From the NCBI RefSeq assembly GCF_006345805.1, contig NC_043020.1, positions 19,654,001 through 19,718,000 on the forward strand: DNA of 64,000 nt. Direction: 5' to 3'. The notes under the pieces are model-generated. The model worked only from the letters and a program-made list of their open reading frames with translations, had not been told where the DNA came from and did not search any database. Source of the stretch: Octopus sinensis (lineage: Eukaryota). Both the position numbers and the translations under genes were made by a program. Positions 1 through 14,000 of this stretch are shown here, piece by piece (the stretch's first letter is position 1; each line of letters starts with the position of its first letter).

Positions 1-394
1 CTAAGGTGTGTGCAGCATTGTGCACTCTTTTCTGTTGATAGGGGAGTGCAAACTCTTCCTGGTATTGTATTGCATTCGTTTGTTTTGTTATGGGGTTTGG
101 TTGCAGTCTTTTCTTGTATTAGTATTGTGTGTAATGTGAGTAGTGTTCATCCGTTGAGTATCCCACCTGTAGAGTACATGTTATGGGGGTTGTTTATTTT
201 ATTGGATATTTACTGTATAGAGAGTGTTTTGTGTTTGTGGAATGTTTCATTTGAATTGATAGTGTCTTGCAAAGGACATAGGCTGTTCCTAACATGGGTT
301 ATTTTTTGGATAGTGTGTAGCATTGACAGTCCAGATATAGCTTCTATATTTTTGTTCATACGTTTTTTATCATATCTATTACTATTATCATTGC

Positions 395-625
395 AAGGTG
401 GCAAGCTGGCAGAATCGTTAGCATGCCAGGTGAAATGCTTAGCAGTATTTTGACTGCCACTACATCCAGAGTTCAAATTCCGCTGAGGTCAAGTTAGCTT
501 TCATCCCTTCTGGGTCGATAAATTAAGTACTAGTCAAGTACTGGAGTTGAAGTTATTGACTTACCCCCTCCCCACCAAATTTCAGACCTTGTGCCTGTGG
601 TAGAAAAGATTATTATTATTATGTG
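395..625 (+). mobile_element. tRNA-derived SINE family A (others ~1349-1536, 9745-9880, 14961-15173 minus, 19206-19420, 27800-27940, 28990-29180 minus)
   Basis: GCTGGCAGAATCGTTAGCA..GAGTTCAAATTCCGCTGAGGTC..AAGTACTAGT recurring motif. Confidence 0.8.
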
Positions 626-1132
626 CCCTTGTGGCAAAATTTGAAACCATTATTATTATTATTAATATTATTAAAAAATAGCCACATTTAGGAAGATATA
701 TTGTTCCAACATGCCAAATGATATGAATTTATGTTGGAAAAGAAGAGAACTCTGTTTCAATTTTTTTGTGAGTATTTCTAAATGTGTTTTTTTTTTACTT
801 CATTTATTCATTGATTCATGGTGGTGGTTGAAAACTGGGTCATTAGATCTATTCATATGTGTTGCATTTTTTATATAAATTTCAATTTATCTGTGATTAA
901 ACACAACAATTATTCAAATATGTAGGATAGCACAGCTCACACACATAAACACACACACTTTTCAATTCACAAATTTTATTGCAAATTGCTAATTGGCTAA
1001 CCTTCATTTACCAATCAAATTACTTTAATGGGAAATTCACACTGGACCAATCAACCAATCATATTACAGTATATTGATATTTCAATATATTATAATATTG
1101 TTAAAGAGGGAAGAGGATACAAAAATAGCTAC

Positions 1133-1186
1133 CATGGCTGATTTCAGTGTTGGAGAATCCATTCCTTCCATCAATGAAATCTCTCC
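1133..1186 (-). CDS. COG6: COG6 exon 17 (gene continues left of window)
   Basis: ttacag|GEISLMEGMDSPTLKSAM|gtagct; 54 bp; resembles GSLANMPNLDSVTLKAAM; no C-terminal exons or stop found in 1-1132. Confidence 0.88.
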
Positions 1187-3535
1187 CTGTAAAAGAGATA
1201 AAGAAATACACAAATAAATTTCAACAAGAATGTTAATGGACTCAAATAGAAACAGGTCTTATTACTAAAATGGAAGTTTCTCTGATACTCAACCTCAAAA
1301 ATCATCTTCTCATATTACACACTGAATATAGAATTGAGTTGTCGAATTAAAGGCAGTGAGCTGGCAGAATTGTTAGCATGCTGTGCAAAATACATAATGG
1401 CATTTCAGTGGTATTTCATCTGTCTTTGATCCTTTCAGGGTCAATAAAATAAGTACCAGTCAAGCACTGGGGTTGATGCCATCAACTTACCCCCGTCCCC
1501 CGAAATTACTGACTTTGTACTAAAATTTGAAACCAATGTTTGTCAAGCTATCACAATTTGAACATTACTTTTAATGATTTGCCCAGAAGGAAGTTGTGGC
1601 AACCATTACTATCACTGACTTTTCAAGATAGGCAAGGTTGATGTAGTTGATGTCTCACTCGAAAATAACAACCATGAGAGCTGGAGAAAAGAGTGGATTC
1701 AGTGCTTAGTGTAGGGCCTACAAGGGTGAGTTTGGTTCAGGACCAGCAAGATAAAGACACTACGATAGCAGCAGAAAAGGTGGAATGAGGAAAGTCTGTG
1801 AGTCAGAGGTTTAAGTATGTTTAATCAATTGGGTGGGTGACCTTTCTGGGTGGGGATGCAATCTAGAATATCTGTGTATTCACTTCAGATGTGGGTCCTA
1901 TTTGAAAACCTCACAGAATATTTATAAAGGTTTAAGGACATCCAGCTGTAGATACCATACCAAAACAGAGTGAAGCTTGGTGCAGCCCTCCTCCAGCTTA
2001 CCAGCTCATGTCAAACCGTCCAAGCCACATCAGCATGGAAAACAGACATTAAATGATGACGGTGATGTTTGCAGAGACAAGAGAGAATAAAGACAACCTT
2101 CTGAATTAGTGAAGGACATGGCAATTTCTCTGTGTTGGTGGCACAATAAAATACACTGAAGACTCTCAGTAAAATGGTTGGTAAATGAGTGGCTTTTGTA
2201 AAGGCCTGCAGGTACTACAAGAAAATGCACTCAGTATACACTGTAATGTTGTTGACGAACAAGTAGAGATAACCCAATATGGAGAGGACCCTTTAGTTTG
2301 GCCAAGGACACAAAAACCATTCTTGTAGTGTTGGTGCCAAACTTAAAAGAGGTACCTAGTACATCTTGTCTCTGTACCAACACACAATCATTACAATATG
2401 TTGAAGGAATCATATTGTGTCATAAGTCCTACCCTAAATATGACCAACATAACTAACACCCTTAAAGACACTAATAAAGCCAAATCCCTAAATCTCTGTT
2501 GATTTACTACACACACTAACATCTTAGCTGACATCCTAAAACTCACATGAAAGCCTCTATGTAATTTCTCAACCAGCAAGAATTAGCAACCAGATATCCC
2601 TCAGATCTTAACTAATGTATTAAAAAAAGAAGAATACAATGAATAATGTAGTCCTAGATACACTTGTGTATGGCTAAAAAATAAAGTATATCATGGTTGA
2701 AGTGTCTTCAATCAAAGGTCAACTGTGTCAAAGCTGTATTGAGGTTAACCCTTTAGCATTTAAAGCAGTCATATCTAGCTATGTTCTATGTTCAAACCAA
2801 CCAGGTCTGACCCCTCACACCTACCCTACAATATCATTCTAAAAATAAACAATGACATCATCAAAATCTAAAAGCTACAAGACAATGCATGATTAAATCA
2901 GAACACTGTGAATAAAAAATCTTACATTTGACAGAGTAACCCAAATGCTAAAGGGTCAAAGTGCATCCTGCAAAAGGACATCCATCTGATTGACAAAAGT
3001 TCAGAGTAATAGCTGTGCAATCACACGCTCACAGAGCTATTCTCCTTGTCTCCTCTATTATCACTACTACAACAACCTTTGCTCCACTGAAGTAGCAGAT
3101 TGCATCCCACACTTGTCTCATCCCACTCTATCAAGTATCTCTCTCAGCTCTAACCTCTCAACCACATAATGTCTCATCATTATTCTTCTCCCACCCCAAC
3201 CAAAACTAATCACAGTCCTCTGGAATTCACTTCCTAACCATATTCTTCCTACAAGCTGCAACTGAGAAAAGTTCAAACTAAACAGCAACAATGCTGCACT
3301 GGTATTGAGTACAGCCTCCCCTCATCCTCTATCAACACCAGGCACACCTGTAATATATATCACTAAATAATATTAAATGTGATGAAACAGGTTTTACCTA
3401 TACGTAAAGCAAATCACAAATAATTACATCACTTTTATCAATTTCAAACCTAAAATAATGTAAAATTAAAGCAAAATATCTATTCTTGATTAGGTTGTAA
3501 TGTAATTAGTGAAAATAATGAAACATGGAACAGAC

Positions 3536-3643
3536 CTGGCTTGATTCATAGTTTTGAATTGTACTATAAACATGAGCAAGGTCCACACGGTTAAGAATGA
3601 AAGCCGCCTGCTCACTGACCAATGTATCAACTTGGGCATCGAT
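3536..3643 (-). CDS. COG6: COG6 exon 16
   Basis: tttcag|IDAQVDTLVSEQAAFILNRVDLAHVYSTIQNYESSQ|gtctgt; 108 bp. Confidence 0.93.
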
Positions 3644-4202
3644 CTGAAATAATATAAAACAAGCTACAATAAAATAAATTGCTTTACGTATATTAATTAA
3701 TGAATTCAGGTGAACAACAGGATGGGAAAACCTTCAGGAAATAGTGATTATATTCAAATTGTGTGAATATAATCACAAAGTTTACTGAAAGAGGGAAGGA
3801 CTGCACAGCCTCTAAGACTGGTCAAGGAATGGAAGAATCTGTCCTCAAACTGGAGACTTCAGCCAAAATGCTTGTAACAGAATCTACTCCGTCTCGAGGC
3901 ACCAAAGAGATAGGTAGTAGATCAAGTCTACCACAGATAAAACATGACTGCATAATTGATACATGACTGTGTGTGTGTATTTAAACAAACAGATTTTCAT
4001 TACTTTCGGCAATGTTAATCTTTCTGAGATACTGCATCACTTCTAATGTATCCATGGCTTGTGCTGGGTAGACCATATAGAGTTTCAACCGATGCTTTCC
4101 TGACATACTGAGCAGGGCCATTTCCCTGAAGGGATTTGTAATTTGTCTCTTCCTATTTACAAGGACATTGGCCTTTGCTAAACTAACTCTAATACCCTTA
4201 GA

Positions 4203-5250
4203 TTACAGATATAGCTTCCACACCTGAAGTTTCCTCTCTGTTTCATATAGTGATTCAGCTACCAGAACAATGTCATCAGTGTAAAGGAGCTCCCATCGGT
4301 AGCCAGTCTTGAATTCGCCTGTTATGGCCTGGAGGACTAGGATAATCAAGAAGGGGATGAAAATCGATCCTTGGTGTACACTTACTTGTAGACTAAATTC
4401 ATTGCTATACTCGTTGTCGACACTCACCTTACTGACACCATCTCTGTACATGAATTGTACAGTGCTCACCAACCACTCATCTATCCCTAGCTTCCACATT
4501 GGCCACCAGACGAGAGAGCAGAGACTGAAGTCATTAACAACCAAGCTATGTTGAGGGAAGCACTCTTCACCTGGGAAGGTCTTTTCATGTGTAAGCAACT
4601 GTTTGTCTCATTTTCTGGGGAGAATGTAGTCAATCTGGTTTGTGTGTCCACCAGATTAAAAGGTGAAGAGGTAACTGGCTGGTTCCCTGAAGTTAGGATT
4701 GCAGATCATAAGGTCACAGAACTTCAGCAGCCTGGTTCCCTCCTCCTTTCGGGAACCAAATCCATTGCCGCCACGCATGCCATGGAAGCCACCCTGATGC
4801 CCAACACATCCATTGAAGTCACCAGCCACAAAGAGAAGGTCATTGTCATTTGTTGTCAAGGTAGTCTTCAAAAGTATGTCATAAAATTGGTCTTTCTGTT
4901 CATTTGGTAGCCCCAGTCGAGGGACACAGGCAGAAATAATAGTTGCTGTCCCACTTTGCAAAACTAGTCCAAGCTTAATTATCCTTTCACACACTCATAC
5001 TACCTCAATGTGTTCAACCCACTTCTCTGCAAGAAGCATGCCCACACCATCGGCCCCATCACTATTGCCTACCCAGATTTTATACCTATGCTCTTTGTCT
5101 GTGAAGAACCTGACAGAAGCTCCTTTCCACCTTACATCTTGGGTGCAACATACATCTACATGCCACCATTCCAGCATCTTAACAATCTCACCAGACCTAA
5201 CTTTCAATGTGCCCAAGTTGAGCATGCCAACTCTAAGGGTGAGGAAGGAG
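4203..5250 (-). mobile_element. RTE-clade LINE fragments (endonuclease and RT, internally deleted)
   Basis: LNLGTL..DVCCTQDVRWKG; VAGDFNGCVG; KLGIDEWLV..VHQGS..ELLYTDD. Confidence 0.85.
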
Positions 5251-5640
5251 TGGTAAGAGGGAACACGGGAATGGAGGACAGCATTCTGTGCCTAAAAAGA
5301 TTTGCAAGGATATTTGCCAGACATATCATATAAGTTTATATACGTTTCAACCTGTGTTTAATTTACAGTTATTTATTTGCTTCACACTTGTCATGCCTAC
5401 CAGGGGAAGAGAGTGTGGTAGAGACCATTGCTTACATAAGTTAAAATAGCAGTAAGAGAGGTAGAGAAAGTTCTAGGAGAAAAACTTCTAGTATAGGTAG
5501 TGGGGAAGGGATAGGAGGATGCACCATGAATGACCAAGTAGGATGGCTGCCCCATGCCAAAAACACAAGGGAAGCCAAAAAAAATACTCAAACAAAACTA
5601 AAAGGTGAAAACAGCATATTCTAACCAAGATTAATTAACT

Positions 5641-6182
5641 TCAATAATGAGACCCATATTGGAGTATGGGATTCAAGCCTCTTCTCCTTATCTCCTCAAA
5701 GACATACAGCATCTCGAAAGAGTCCAGAAGCTGGCTACCCGCATGGTTCATGGTCTCAAAAATTTGTCCTACGAAGAAAGGCTGAGGACGCTCGACCTTT
5801 ATTCTCTTGAAAAACGCCGCCGCCGTGGTGATCTCATTCTCGCCCACAACATCATAAGCGGAAAGTGTAACCTCTCGAAAGAGCTGTTCTTCACTCCTGC
5901 TCCAGAGCGTCGGCTGCGGGGTCATTCCGAAAAGCTCTACCTGCGACGATTTCATCTCAATCGAAGGAGAGGAGCTTTCTCCGTCCGGGTTGCGGATCCG
6001 TGGAACAAGCTGCCAGACGAGATGGTGAAGATGCCGACGACCGCTTTGTTCAAAGCCTCCCTTGACCTCAAGTGGCCTGAACTCTTTACATGAACACCAC
6101 CCTGTACTTAACTCCATGTCCCCCTACATGGCCTTGCTATTTGCTTTTGAGCCAAATTAACTAACTAACTAACTAACTAACA
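5641..6182 (+). mobile_element. CR1 LINE 3' end, 5'-truncated, young-looking, (AACT)n tail
   Basis: Uninterrupted 148-aa ORF2 C-terminus (RPILEY..LERVQKLATRMV..SYEERL..LEKRRRRGDLI..FSVRV..WNKLP), short 3'UTR, then AACTAACTAACT. Confidence 0.9.
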
Positions 6183-6486
6183 TTTAACACTTAGCTTGAA
6201 AATAGTGAGGCTACTGAATAAAATGATACTAGAATTAAAACTAGGAAAGAAAAACTGAATTTGTTTCTCTGAACATTTCTTCTTCATTCACATCAGACCA
6301 GTAAAGCAAGATACTCTGGACTGAATTCAGCATGACAAATATGACGATATTTATGAGGATTGGCATGAAGGAAAAATAGGGGTCCTATTTAAATGGAAGT
6401 ATATAAGCGAAAATCTGAAGAGGACATAAATGAGAAATGTCAATAAGAAAATGAATGCCCTCCACAACATCGAGAGAAAACCTTAC

Positions 6487-6654
6487 CTGAGCCTGCAGCA
6501 TCTCCAGTCTACTGTCTGTGAAATGGTAAACAGCAAGAGCATTTTGCGTGAGGTATATACAGTTGGTCATATAAGCTGCCATATCAACTGTATTTAACCT
6601 GCTGGCAGACACTGAACACATCTGTAGTACTGGGTCAACAACACAGGAGAGAAC
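6487..6654 (-). CDS. COG6: COG6 exon 15
   Basis: tttcag|VLSCVVDPVLQMCSVSASRLNTVDMAAYMTNCIYLTQNALAVYHFTDSRLEMLQAQ|gtaagg; 168 bp. Confidence 0.96.
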
Positions 6655-8329
6655 CTGAAACAAGAAACAGGCATGAAAGTTAGAGCAGCACTGAGCTGTA
6701 AATCAAACATTCCATAAAGAATTATAAGTCACTCGGTATAAGAAACAAATTCTCAGATTTCAAGTCAGTTTGATAAAGTTCTATGCACGAAACTCTCAAC
6801 CCTGTAGTCAATTGTTTGGTAATTTTCTGCCAATTACAAAAATAAAAAAGTACGCATGCGCACACACACAAACACACACAACCGCGCACACACACACACA
6901 AACACACACAACTGCACACACACACAAGCATCTTCTACTATAATCTCAGCCTGACCAAAGCCTTATGAATGGGCTTGATAGACAGAAACTGAAAGAAGCC
7001 CATAGTAAATATGTACATGTGTATGTGTGTGTGTCTTTGTTTCCCCCACCACTTGACAACTGATGTTGATTTGTTTATGTCCCGCTAACTTAGCAGTTCT
7101 GCAAAAAAGACCGACAGTATAAGTACCCCCTATGGTTATGAATGACCATGGGATTGCACCTAGAAAGTTACTCTCTAAGGTACAAGTCCAGGCAAGGTTG
7201 TTTATGGAAGACCAGCAGTCACCCATGCATACCAGCCTCCCCTCTCCACACCACCAATGTTATCCAAAAGAAAGGCAAAGGGGCCGATACAGCTTGGCAC
7301 CTGTGATGTCGCAACTCGTTCCTACACCTGAGTGAACTGGAGCAATGTGAAATAAAGTGTCTTGTTCAAGAACACAACACACTAGGAATCGAACTCACAA
7401 CCTCATGATTGTGACCTGAACACTCTAATTACTGAGCCAAGAAATAGAGGATATTATAACACCTGTAGAAAAAGCCAAGAGAAGAAACAGCATGTCTGCA
7501 GGCCAGGGGCTGGAGCATGTCAGAGGGTGACTATATGTCAATCATTAAAGTGACCAGTCTCTGGACACAGGCCAGGATGTCTGTAAGTATAGCAGTAACA
7601 CTATGCCAGATATGGAAACTGTCATCATCATCGGTAGAAGAAAGTGCCAATGGCATAGATTCATTTAAGGTGGACCTCAACTTTCCACTTCATGTCCTTC
7701 CTCTGCAGCACATAGAATGAGACATGTAGGATCCAGTTATGAAACTGCTGCTGACCTGGTTTTGAGTGACACTTTCTGTTGTATGTCCGTCATGTGCAAC
7801 CCCCTTCATCCGTTGGATCAATGACTGTGAGAGCAATGCTATCAGGAGTTCTAAATTCCTGGTAGGTAGGGCCACCCGAGGTGGCAAAGTTGAAGACAAG
7901 GACCCAGACTAAATGCAGTCAACACCTAAAGACCCTCAATGGTGGAAGAAGCAGATGAGATATGGGCTTCACTAGAATTTTGTAGAGTCCAGCATTTGTT
8001 GGGGCTTGAAATGTGACATGTACGTGGGAGGGAGGGTTTGATGAGGACGGGTGGATGGATGGACAGGTGGGCCGGCAGATGGATGATTAAATGGACAGGG
8101 AGTAAGGAAGGAATGAATCAGTGGAAGAATGTATATTTCAATGTCTATCAACATCTGCATATCAACCTAAAACTAAAGCCTTTCAAATCACAAGTCCTAA
8201 GTGGTATTTGTTCTGTACTGAGTAATACAGACATAAAATACAATGAACAATGGCAGTGTTGTTTGCCCACAACAAAATTTTAAAAATAAATAAAACAGAT
8301 TTTGAAGAATGACAAAAAAGGGTTGTTAC

Positions 8330-8461
8330 TTGTTTGAAATCCTGTTTTTTGTTGTCCAGTGGAACTACTGAGGCATCTTGACATGCCAGAACATCTCGCA
8401 GAAGTTGTAGAGATTCTTTCAATGATGAAGTGGGTCCAAGATCAGGGGGCGGCAGTTCTAC
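8330..8461 (-). CDS. COG6: COG6 exon 14
   Basis: ttacag|[44 protein letters not shown]|gtaaca; 132 bp. Confidence 0.96.
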
Positions 8462-8519
8462 CTGTAAACAGAATGCAAAACAGTCATTATAACGAGGGTT
8501 GAGGGAAGTAGCATGGTTG

Positions 8520-9225
8520 GAGGGGGTGCTAGTGGCAATATAGTTATAATGTTTGTTGCTACAATAGAGGTGTAACTACTACAAAAGCAAAGGCGATGAC
8601 TTAGATAGAAATAGTTAGAGAGGCATCAAATTGCTGGACCAGGTGACGGAAGTTACAGAAAGAGTCATAACTCAATTAATTAGGAAGAGAGTTAGCCTAG
8701 ATGAGATGCAGTTTGGATTTGTACCACAGAGAGGCACTACTGATGCTATTTTCTTGGTGAGGCAACTGCAAGATAAGTACTTGGTAAAAAATAAACCCCT
8801 GTATTTGGCATTTGTTAACATGGAGAAAGCCTTTGACAGGGTCCTCCACTCCCTTATCTGGTGGGAAATGCAGAAGCTAGGGATAGGTGAGTGGTTAGTG
8901 AGAGCTGTACAAGCCATGTACAGAGATGTTGTCAGTAAGGTGAGAGTCACTAATAAGTGTAACAAGGAGCTTAGTGTACAAGTAGGAGTCCATCAGGGAT
9001 TGGTTCTCAATACACCTTTGTTTATCACAGTCCTCCAGGCTATAACAGAGGAATTTGAAACAGACTGGCCTTGAGAGCTCCTCTACACTGATGACCTTGT
9101 TCTTATCTTTGAACCGCTAACAATCTAGAGAAAAAAATTCAGGTATGGAAGCAAGGCCTGGAATCAAAGGGCCTTAGAGTTGATTCAGCAAAGACCAAAG
9201 TCCTAATAAGTAGGAAAACAGACAA
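8520..9225 (+). mobile_element. RTE-clade LINE RT fragment inside COG6 intron 13
   Basis: EMQFGFVPQRGTTDAIF..FVNMEKAFDRV..VGVHQG..LLYTDD. Confidence 0.85.
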
Positions 9226-9566
9226 CCAGATTACACAATATTTAAATATAAAAAAGACAGGATGATCATGGTTGGAATGTCTGATCATAAGTGTACTCAA
9301 TTAGGGCTGACACAGAGCTAATCAACAATACACCAGATTAGGAGCCACCAGGATCTGATAAAAAACAGCAGTCAAATTTCCATCAAAACACCTCACAACT
9401 GTCTTTAAAATACAGAGAAGAACATACTGGATAATGTACACCAAGGTATACTATGGCTAAAAATAAAATAGGATGGCCACAGAACACCTTTGACCACAGG
9501 TCTACTTGATCTGGATGGTGGAGGATATAAACAACAACAATAAAATAGTTTCAAGACTAAACTTGC

Positions 9567-9681
9567 CTTGTCAAGCAGTTTACTAGCATGACAATTAAGA
9601 CTGTTAAAGAACATCTGGTGACTAAGGGTGGCCATTTCTTCAACTGTAATTGTCAATGAAGCTGAATCACCAAGAATTTGC
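9567..9681 (-). CDS. COG6: COG6 exon 13 (followed by a GC donor)
   Basis: ttgcag|(K)QILGDSASLTITVEEMATLSHQMFFNSLNCHASKLLDK|GCAAGT; 115 bp; the GC donor gives phase 0, matching exon 14. Confidence 0.92.
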
Positions 9682-10525
9682 CTGCAATAAAAAACACAAT
9701 CTCCATGGAGAAAAACCCTCACACTGCAATATATTGTGGTTGGTGATGAGCTGGCAGAATCGTTAGCAAATCGGACAAAATGCTTAGAGGCATTTCTTCT
9801 GGCTATGAGTTCAAATTCCACTGAATTCCAATAAATACAAGTCAAACACTTGGGTTGATGTAATTCCCTTAAATTCAAAACCATTATCTTACATTTTGGA
9901 GTTCAAATCCAGCTAAGATCAACTTTGCCTTTCATGCAATCAAATAAGGTCTAGTCATATATACCGAGATCAATATAATCAATTAATCCCAACATCACCC
10001 AGAATTTGTGACCTCATGCCTATGTTGAAAATCATTATTCTTATATGGTTTAAGTTCAAATTCCATGGGAGTTGAATTTGGATTTTTCTCCTTCTGGGAT
10101 TGATAATATTAAAAAAAGTCAATTATAGCTCCGCCCCACACAAAATGCATGGCTTTTTGCCAATGTCAGAAAATAACATGTTTTGGTCTTTTTCATATAA
10201 AGTGTTAAACCTTAAGCAAGATACACCACCCTGTATAATTATATCAATATCATCTAACAATATCACTTTATTATGTTAGTGTCAAAATCAAAGAGGATAT
10301 GCAACAAGTATCCATCCAGCACTCAATTGATACTTATTTTGTTGACCCCTAAAAAATGAAAGGCAAAGTTGACATCAGCAGAATTTGAATTAAGAATCGA
10401 ATAAGTCAGAACAAATACTGCAAAGCATTTTCCTGATGCTGTTACACTTCAACCAACTCTCAATAATAATAAAAATAACAACAATGACAACACACACACA
10501 CAAAATAATAATAACCTCTACTCAC

Positions 10526-10617
10526 TTTACGGTATTATGGTAAAACTTGAGCAAGTTATTCAGTTTATTTAACACTACAGCATCTTGTTCAGCAGCTAAG
10601 ACTTGATCAACACGCAC
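10526..10617 (-). CDS. COG6: COG6 exon 12
   Basis: ttccag|VRVDQVLAAEQDAVVLNKLNNLLKFYHNTV+AA|gtgagt; 92 bp. Confidence 0.95.
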
Positions 10618-11005
10618 CTGGAAGAGAAGATAAATGAGAGTTACAAATAGAGAAGATAGAAAAAGAGAGCACAACAACCTGTTTGAAGGATGTGACCCTT
10701 AAGTAGGGCCTTCAGGCAGAAGATAAGGTTTGGGGGTTCAAATCTGAATATTTGTTGATTTACTTTTATTTTTATATTTTTTTTTGTTTCAAGTTATTGG
10801 AGTGCAGCCATGCTGGAGCACCACCTTTAAAGGTTTAGTTAAACAGTTCAACTCCAGCACTTACTTATTAAATGTGGCAGTTATCTTATCTTATATATAT
10901 ATATAAAACATGGAGGCTAAACAGCCAGATTAAATATACATCAGAATCAACATTTTTGCTGGTCTAGCATCATGAAAAGTAAACAAAACAAGAGATGATA
11001 TTTAC

Positions 11006-11070
11006 CTTAAAAGGACGGCATACACCTTCAGTAATATGTCCCAGAATTTTCTGGATTAATTCAGGGTCAG
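11006..11070 (-). CDS. COG6: COG6 exon 11
   Basis: ttttag|(P)DPELIQKILGHITEGVCRPFK|gtaaat; 65 bp. Confidence 0.94.
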
Positions 11071-14000
11071 CTAAAATGGTGTTAGAAAAAGGAGACACAT
11101 TATTTTGTATTATCTTTAATATTTTTGGCAATTGATTGTCTTGTATTAGTATCATTTAACATACATGTTACACAGATATCAACATCATCACCACCACCAC
11201 CATCATCATTTTACCTCTGCTTTTCCATGTTGATATGCATTGGATGGATCATCATAGTCCAGGTTAGTTCTTATATGGAATTACTTCCTTTCCAGGATGG
11301 ATCAAGGTCCATGTCACATTCCTACTTTCTATTTTCCCTTGGCACAGTTTCTACAGCTGGATGCTCTTCCAGTCACCAGCCATAGTGCAGAGTGTACTAG
11401 GTGCACCAGCATTACAGATGTTGTCTTGTTTCTAACAAGACAAAAGGACTCTCTCTGCTCTACATCATCTCCAGTCATTCAGTCATTATTCATTCATCAA
11501 CACTATTGAGGTGGTCTCTTCTACAGCAAGACTCCACATCCCTGCATTGTTCCCATTCATTGACCAGCAACAGGGAAGTTGTTTTGTCTCTGCCAAGACT
11601 AAAGATTTCTCTCTTCCCTTGAGTTGATGCTGATCATTTGTTTCCTTATAGAAAGTATGTAAATAAATCAACATTCCAGTTATTCAATAAACAGAACTAT
11701 CATCTCATTGCAGGTATGTAGCTGAATATTCCACAGACATTTGTACCCTGAAACACAGATCACTTGACCTGTGAGAAATAGCAATCAAATCTCCCTTGAA
11801 CCACACTCTACCATCTTACAAAATTAAAATCACATTAGATAATGTAGTCCTAGATACACTATATCTGAATAAAAGCTGGGATGGCTACTATTTGAATGCA
11901 TCTGATCATACCCAAATAAATTTTTTCATATTTGCTCTTTTCAACTTTCTCATTTTTAGGTTCTTTTCACTGTATCTTATTACCACATTTCTATTTCAAG
12001 TTCAAAGTTCAGTATTTTAAAATAATACTTATCCATATCCAGGAAAAGAATTCTAGAAGAGAAAACCAACATTCTAGAATCAAAGGCCTGGACATTGTCA
12101 TCAGCGGTTGGTAGGAAGGTTAGACAGAATGTAAATGGGAGGAAGTCTTTGTCTGAATCTTACTTCTTCCCCTACAGTTAGCCTGTACATTAAGCAACAA
12201 GACATCTTCCATTATCTTAGTTTTGAGCAGAGTCACCTGCATCTTCCCAGGTGATGCTAAGATGCTGTACATCTTTTTTGAAGGTGGCATGCCATATCTT
12301 CTTGAGTCTTCTCACTCTTCTTTTATCTCTCTGGCAGTACCTATTACATCGTTGTCTTCGAGTATTCATCCTTCTGGCATTCAGAGAGCATGACCGGCAA
12401 GTCTTGCTCTTCTTTCCACCAGTCTCATGCAGATTTCATAGTCTGGCTCTTCTCATAACTTCAGAGTTTGTGACTCTGTCTCTGTAAATGATCTTCAGTA
12501 TTCTAAATAGACATTGCTGGTGGAATGTATACAACCTCTGAGTAATTTTAGCAGCCATTTTCCAAGTTTCTCCTGCGTTGAATGCTGCTGGCAGATGTGA
12601 TGAAGAGATACGAGTATATTGAGAATGCTGGAATGGGAGTGGCATAAGCCTAGCCAGTTCAGAGGGTCAAGGAGCCTCTGTGGTAGTGATAGTAGGAGAA
12701 AAGATAGAGCAGTGATTCCTAATGTGGTGCATATGCCACACCAGTCGGGCCTGGGAAAATTGTAGTGGGGCATGCAATCCAAAATTTCTTTTTCTTTTTG
12801 TTTTTAGTGAGATATGGAATTGTGAAAATCTTTTTCTTGTTTTTTTTCACAACAAACATATTACATTTATATTCAGCTCAGTCAAACCAATCGCTCCAGT
12901 CAAGCATACTGTGTGAAGATTGTTCGCTACAGTATAGTGTTATTCTAATGCCCTGGTGTGGATATTTCTTTAAGGAAAGTGTATAATTATGAAATATTAA
13001 AAATAAAGTTGTTTATTTCCAACCATTGGTGGGGCATATATTTTCCTGGAAAGTTATAGTGGGGCCTGAGGGAAAACAGGCTAAGAAACACTGAGAAAGG
13101 GGAAGGAGACATATTAGTAGAACAGAGGTTGAAGGGAAGTGGCAAGTAGCTTCCTAGCAATCAATCAAATGGCCTTTCTTTGAAGTAATTTGTGTTTAGC
13201 AGCAGCACCTACATGTGAGAGTAGAATTCTGTAGTGGATTTCATATGAGCTTTGTAAAAGTCAGTAATTGTTGGGGGAGCTGAAGAATTTTCTGGTCCTC
13301 ATGACGAAAGTCATTCATTGAGGTGCAGTTTTTGCTATGTTGAAGATATGTTTTTACCAGGAGAGATCCTCAGTATAGGAATACTTAACATTTATAGTGC
13401 GCATGAAAACCTGAATTAAATGCTGCTCATGTTTCAAGGGCTGAGACATAATAATGTATCCAGGATCCTAAACCCAAGGCACCATGCTGAGATCCTAAAA
13501 ATAAAGATGCCACATAAAGAGCACTCATGCTGGTGCAACATAAAAAAACCCAGTACACTCAGTGAAGTGGTCGGTGTCCAGCTGTAAAAACTAAGCCAAA
13601 ACTGACAATGGAACTTGGTGTGGCCCCTAACCTTCCCCGTTCCTGTCAAGCCATCCAACCCATGCCAGCATGGAAAATGGATGTTAGATGATGATGATGA
13701 TTGATGTGGGCAGCAATTGTGTTTTCTTATTAGTTTGAAATTTCAAACCAGAGTGAAAAATCATAAATATTTTCAGTTGATAGCTTATACTTGCTTTATC
13801 ACTGTAAATCCTATTGTTTATCACTAATCTAGTTGTTAATCTTTAAACCACTTAATCCATTCAGTGATGAGCAACACATTTATTCGAGCTTGATTACAAC
13901 CACAACTTTTATCACATAAAGGTGAAAGGTGAGACCAGTAGTAAGTACTCAAGAGCTTTTGGTGAGTGTTTGGCAAAAGAGGGGTTAGAAATCCCTGACT

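Noticed and set aside
1-395. Possible Penelope GIY-YIG remnants (also ~2200-2580, 23060-23400, 60740-60900)
   Set aside because: Only vague motif resemblance; I cannot support this without a profile search.
1-1132. Final COG6 exons
   Set aside because: No matching peptide found; they are presumed to lie left of the window.
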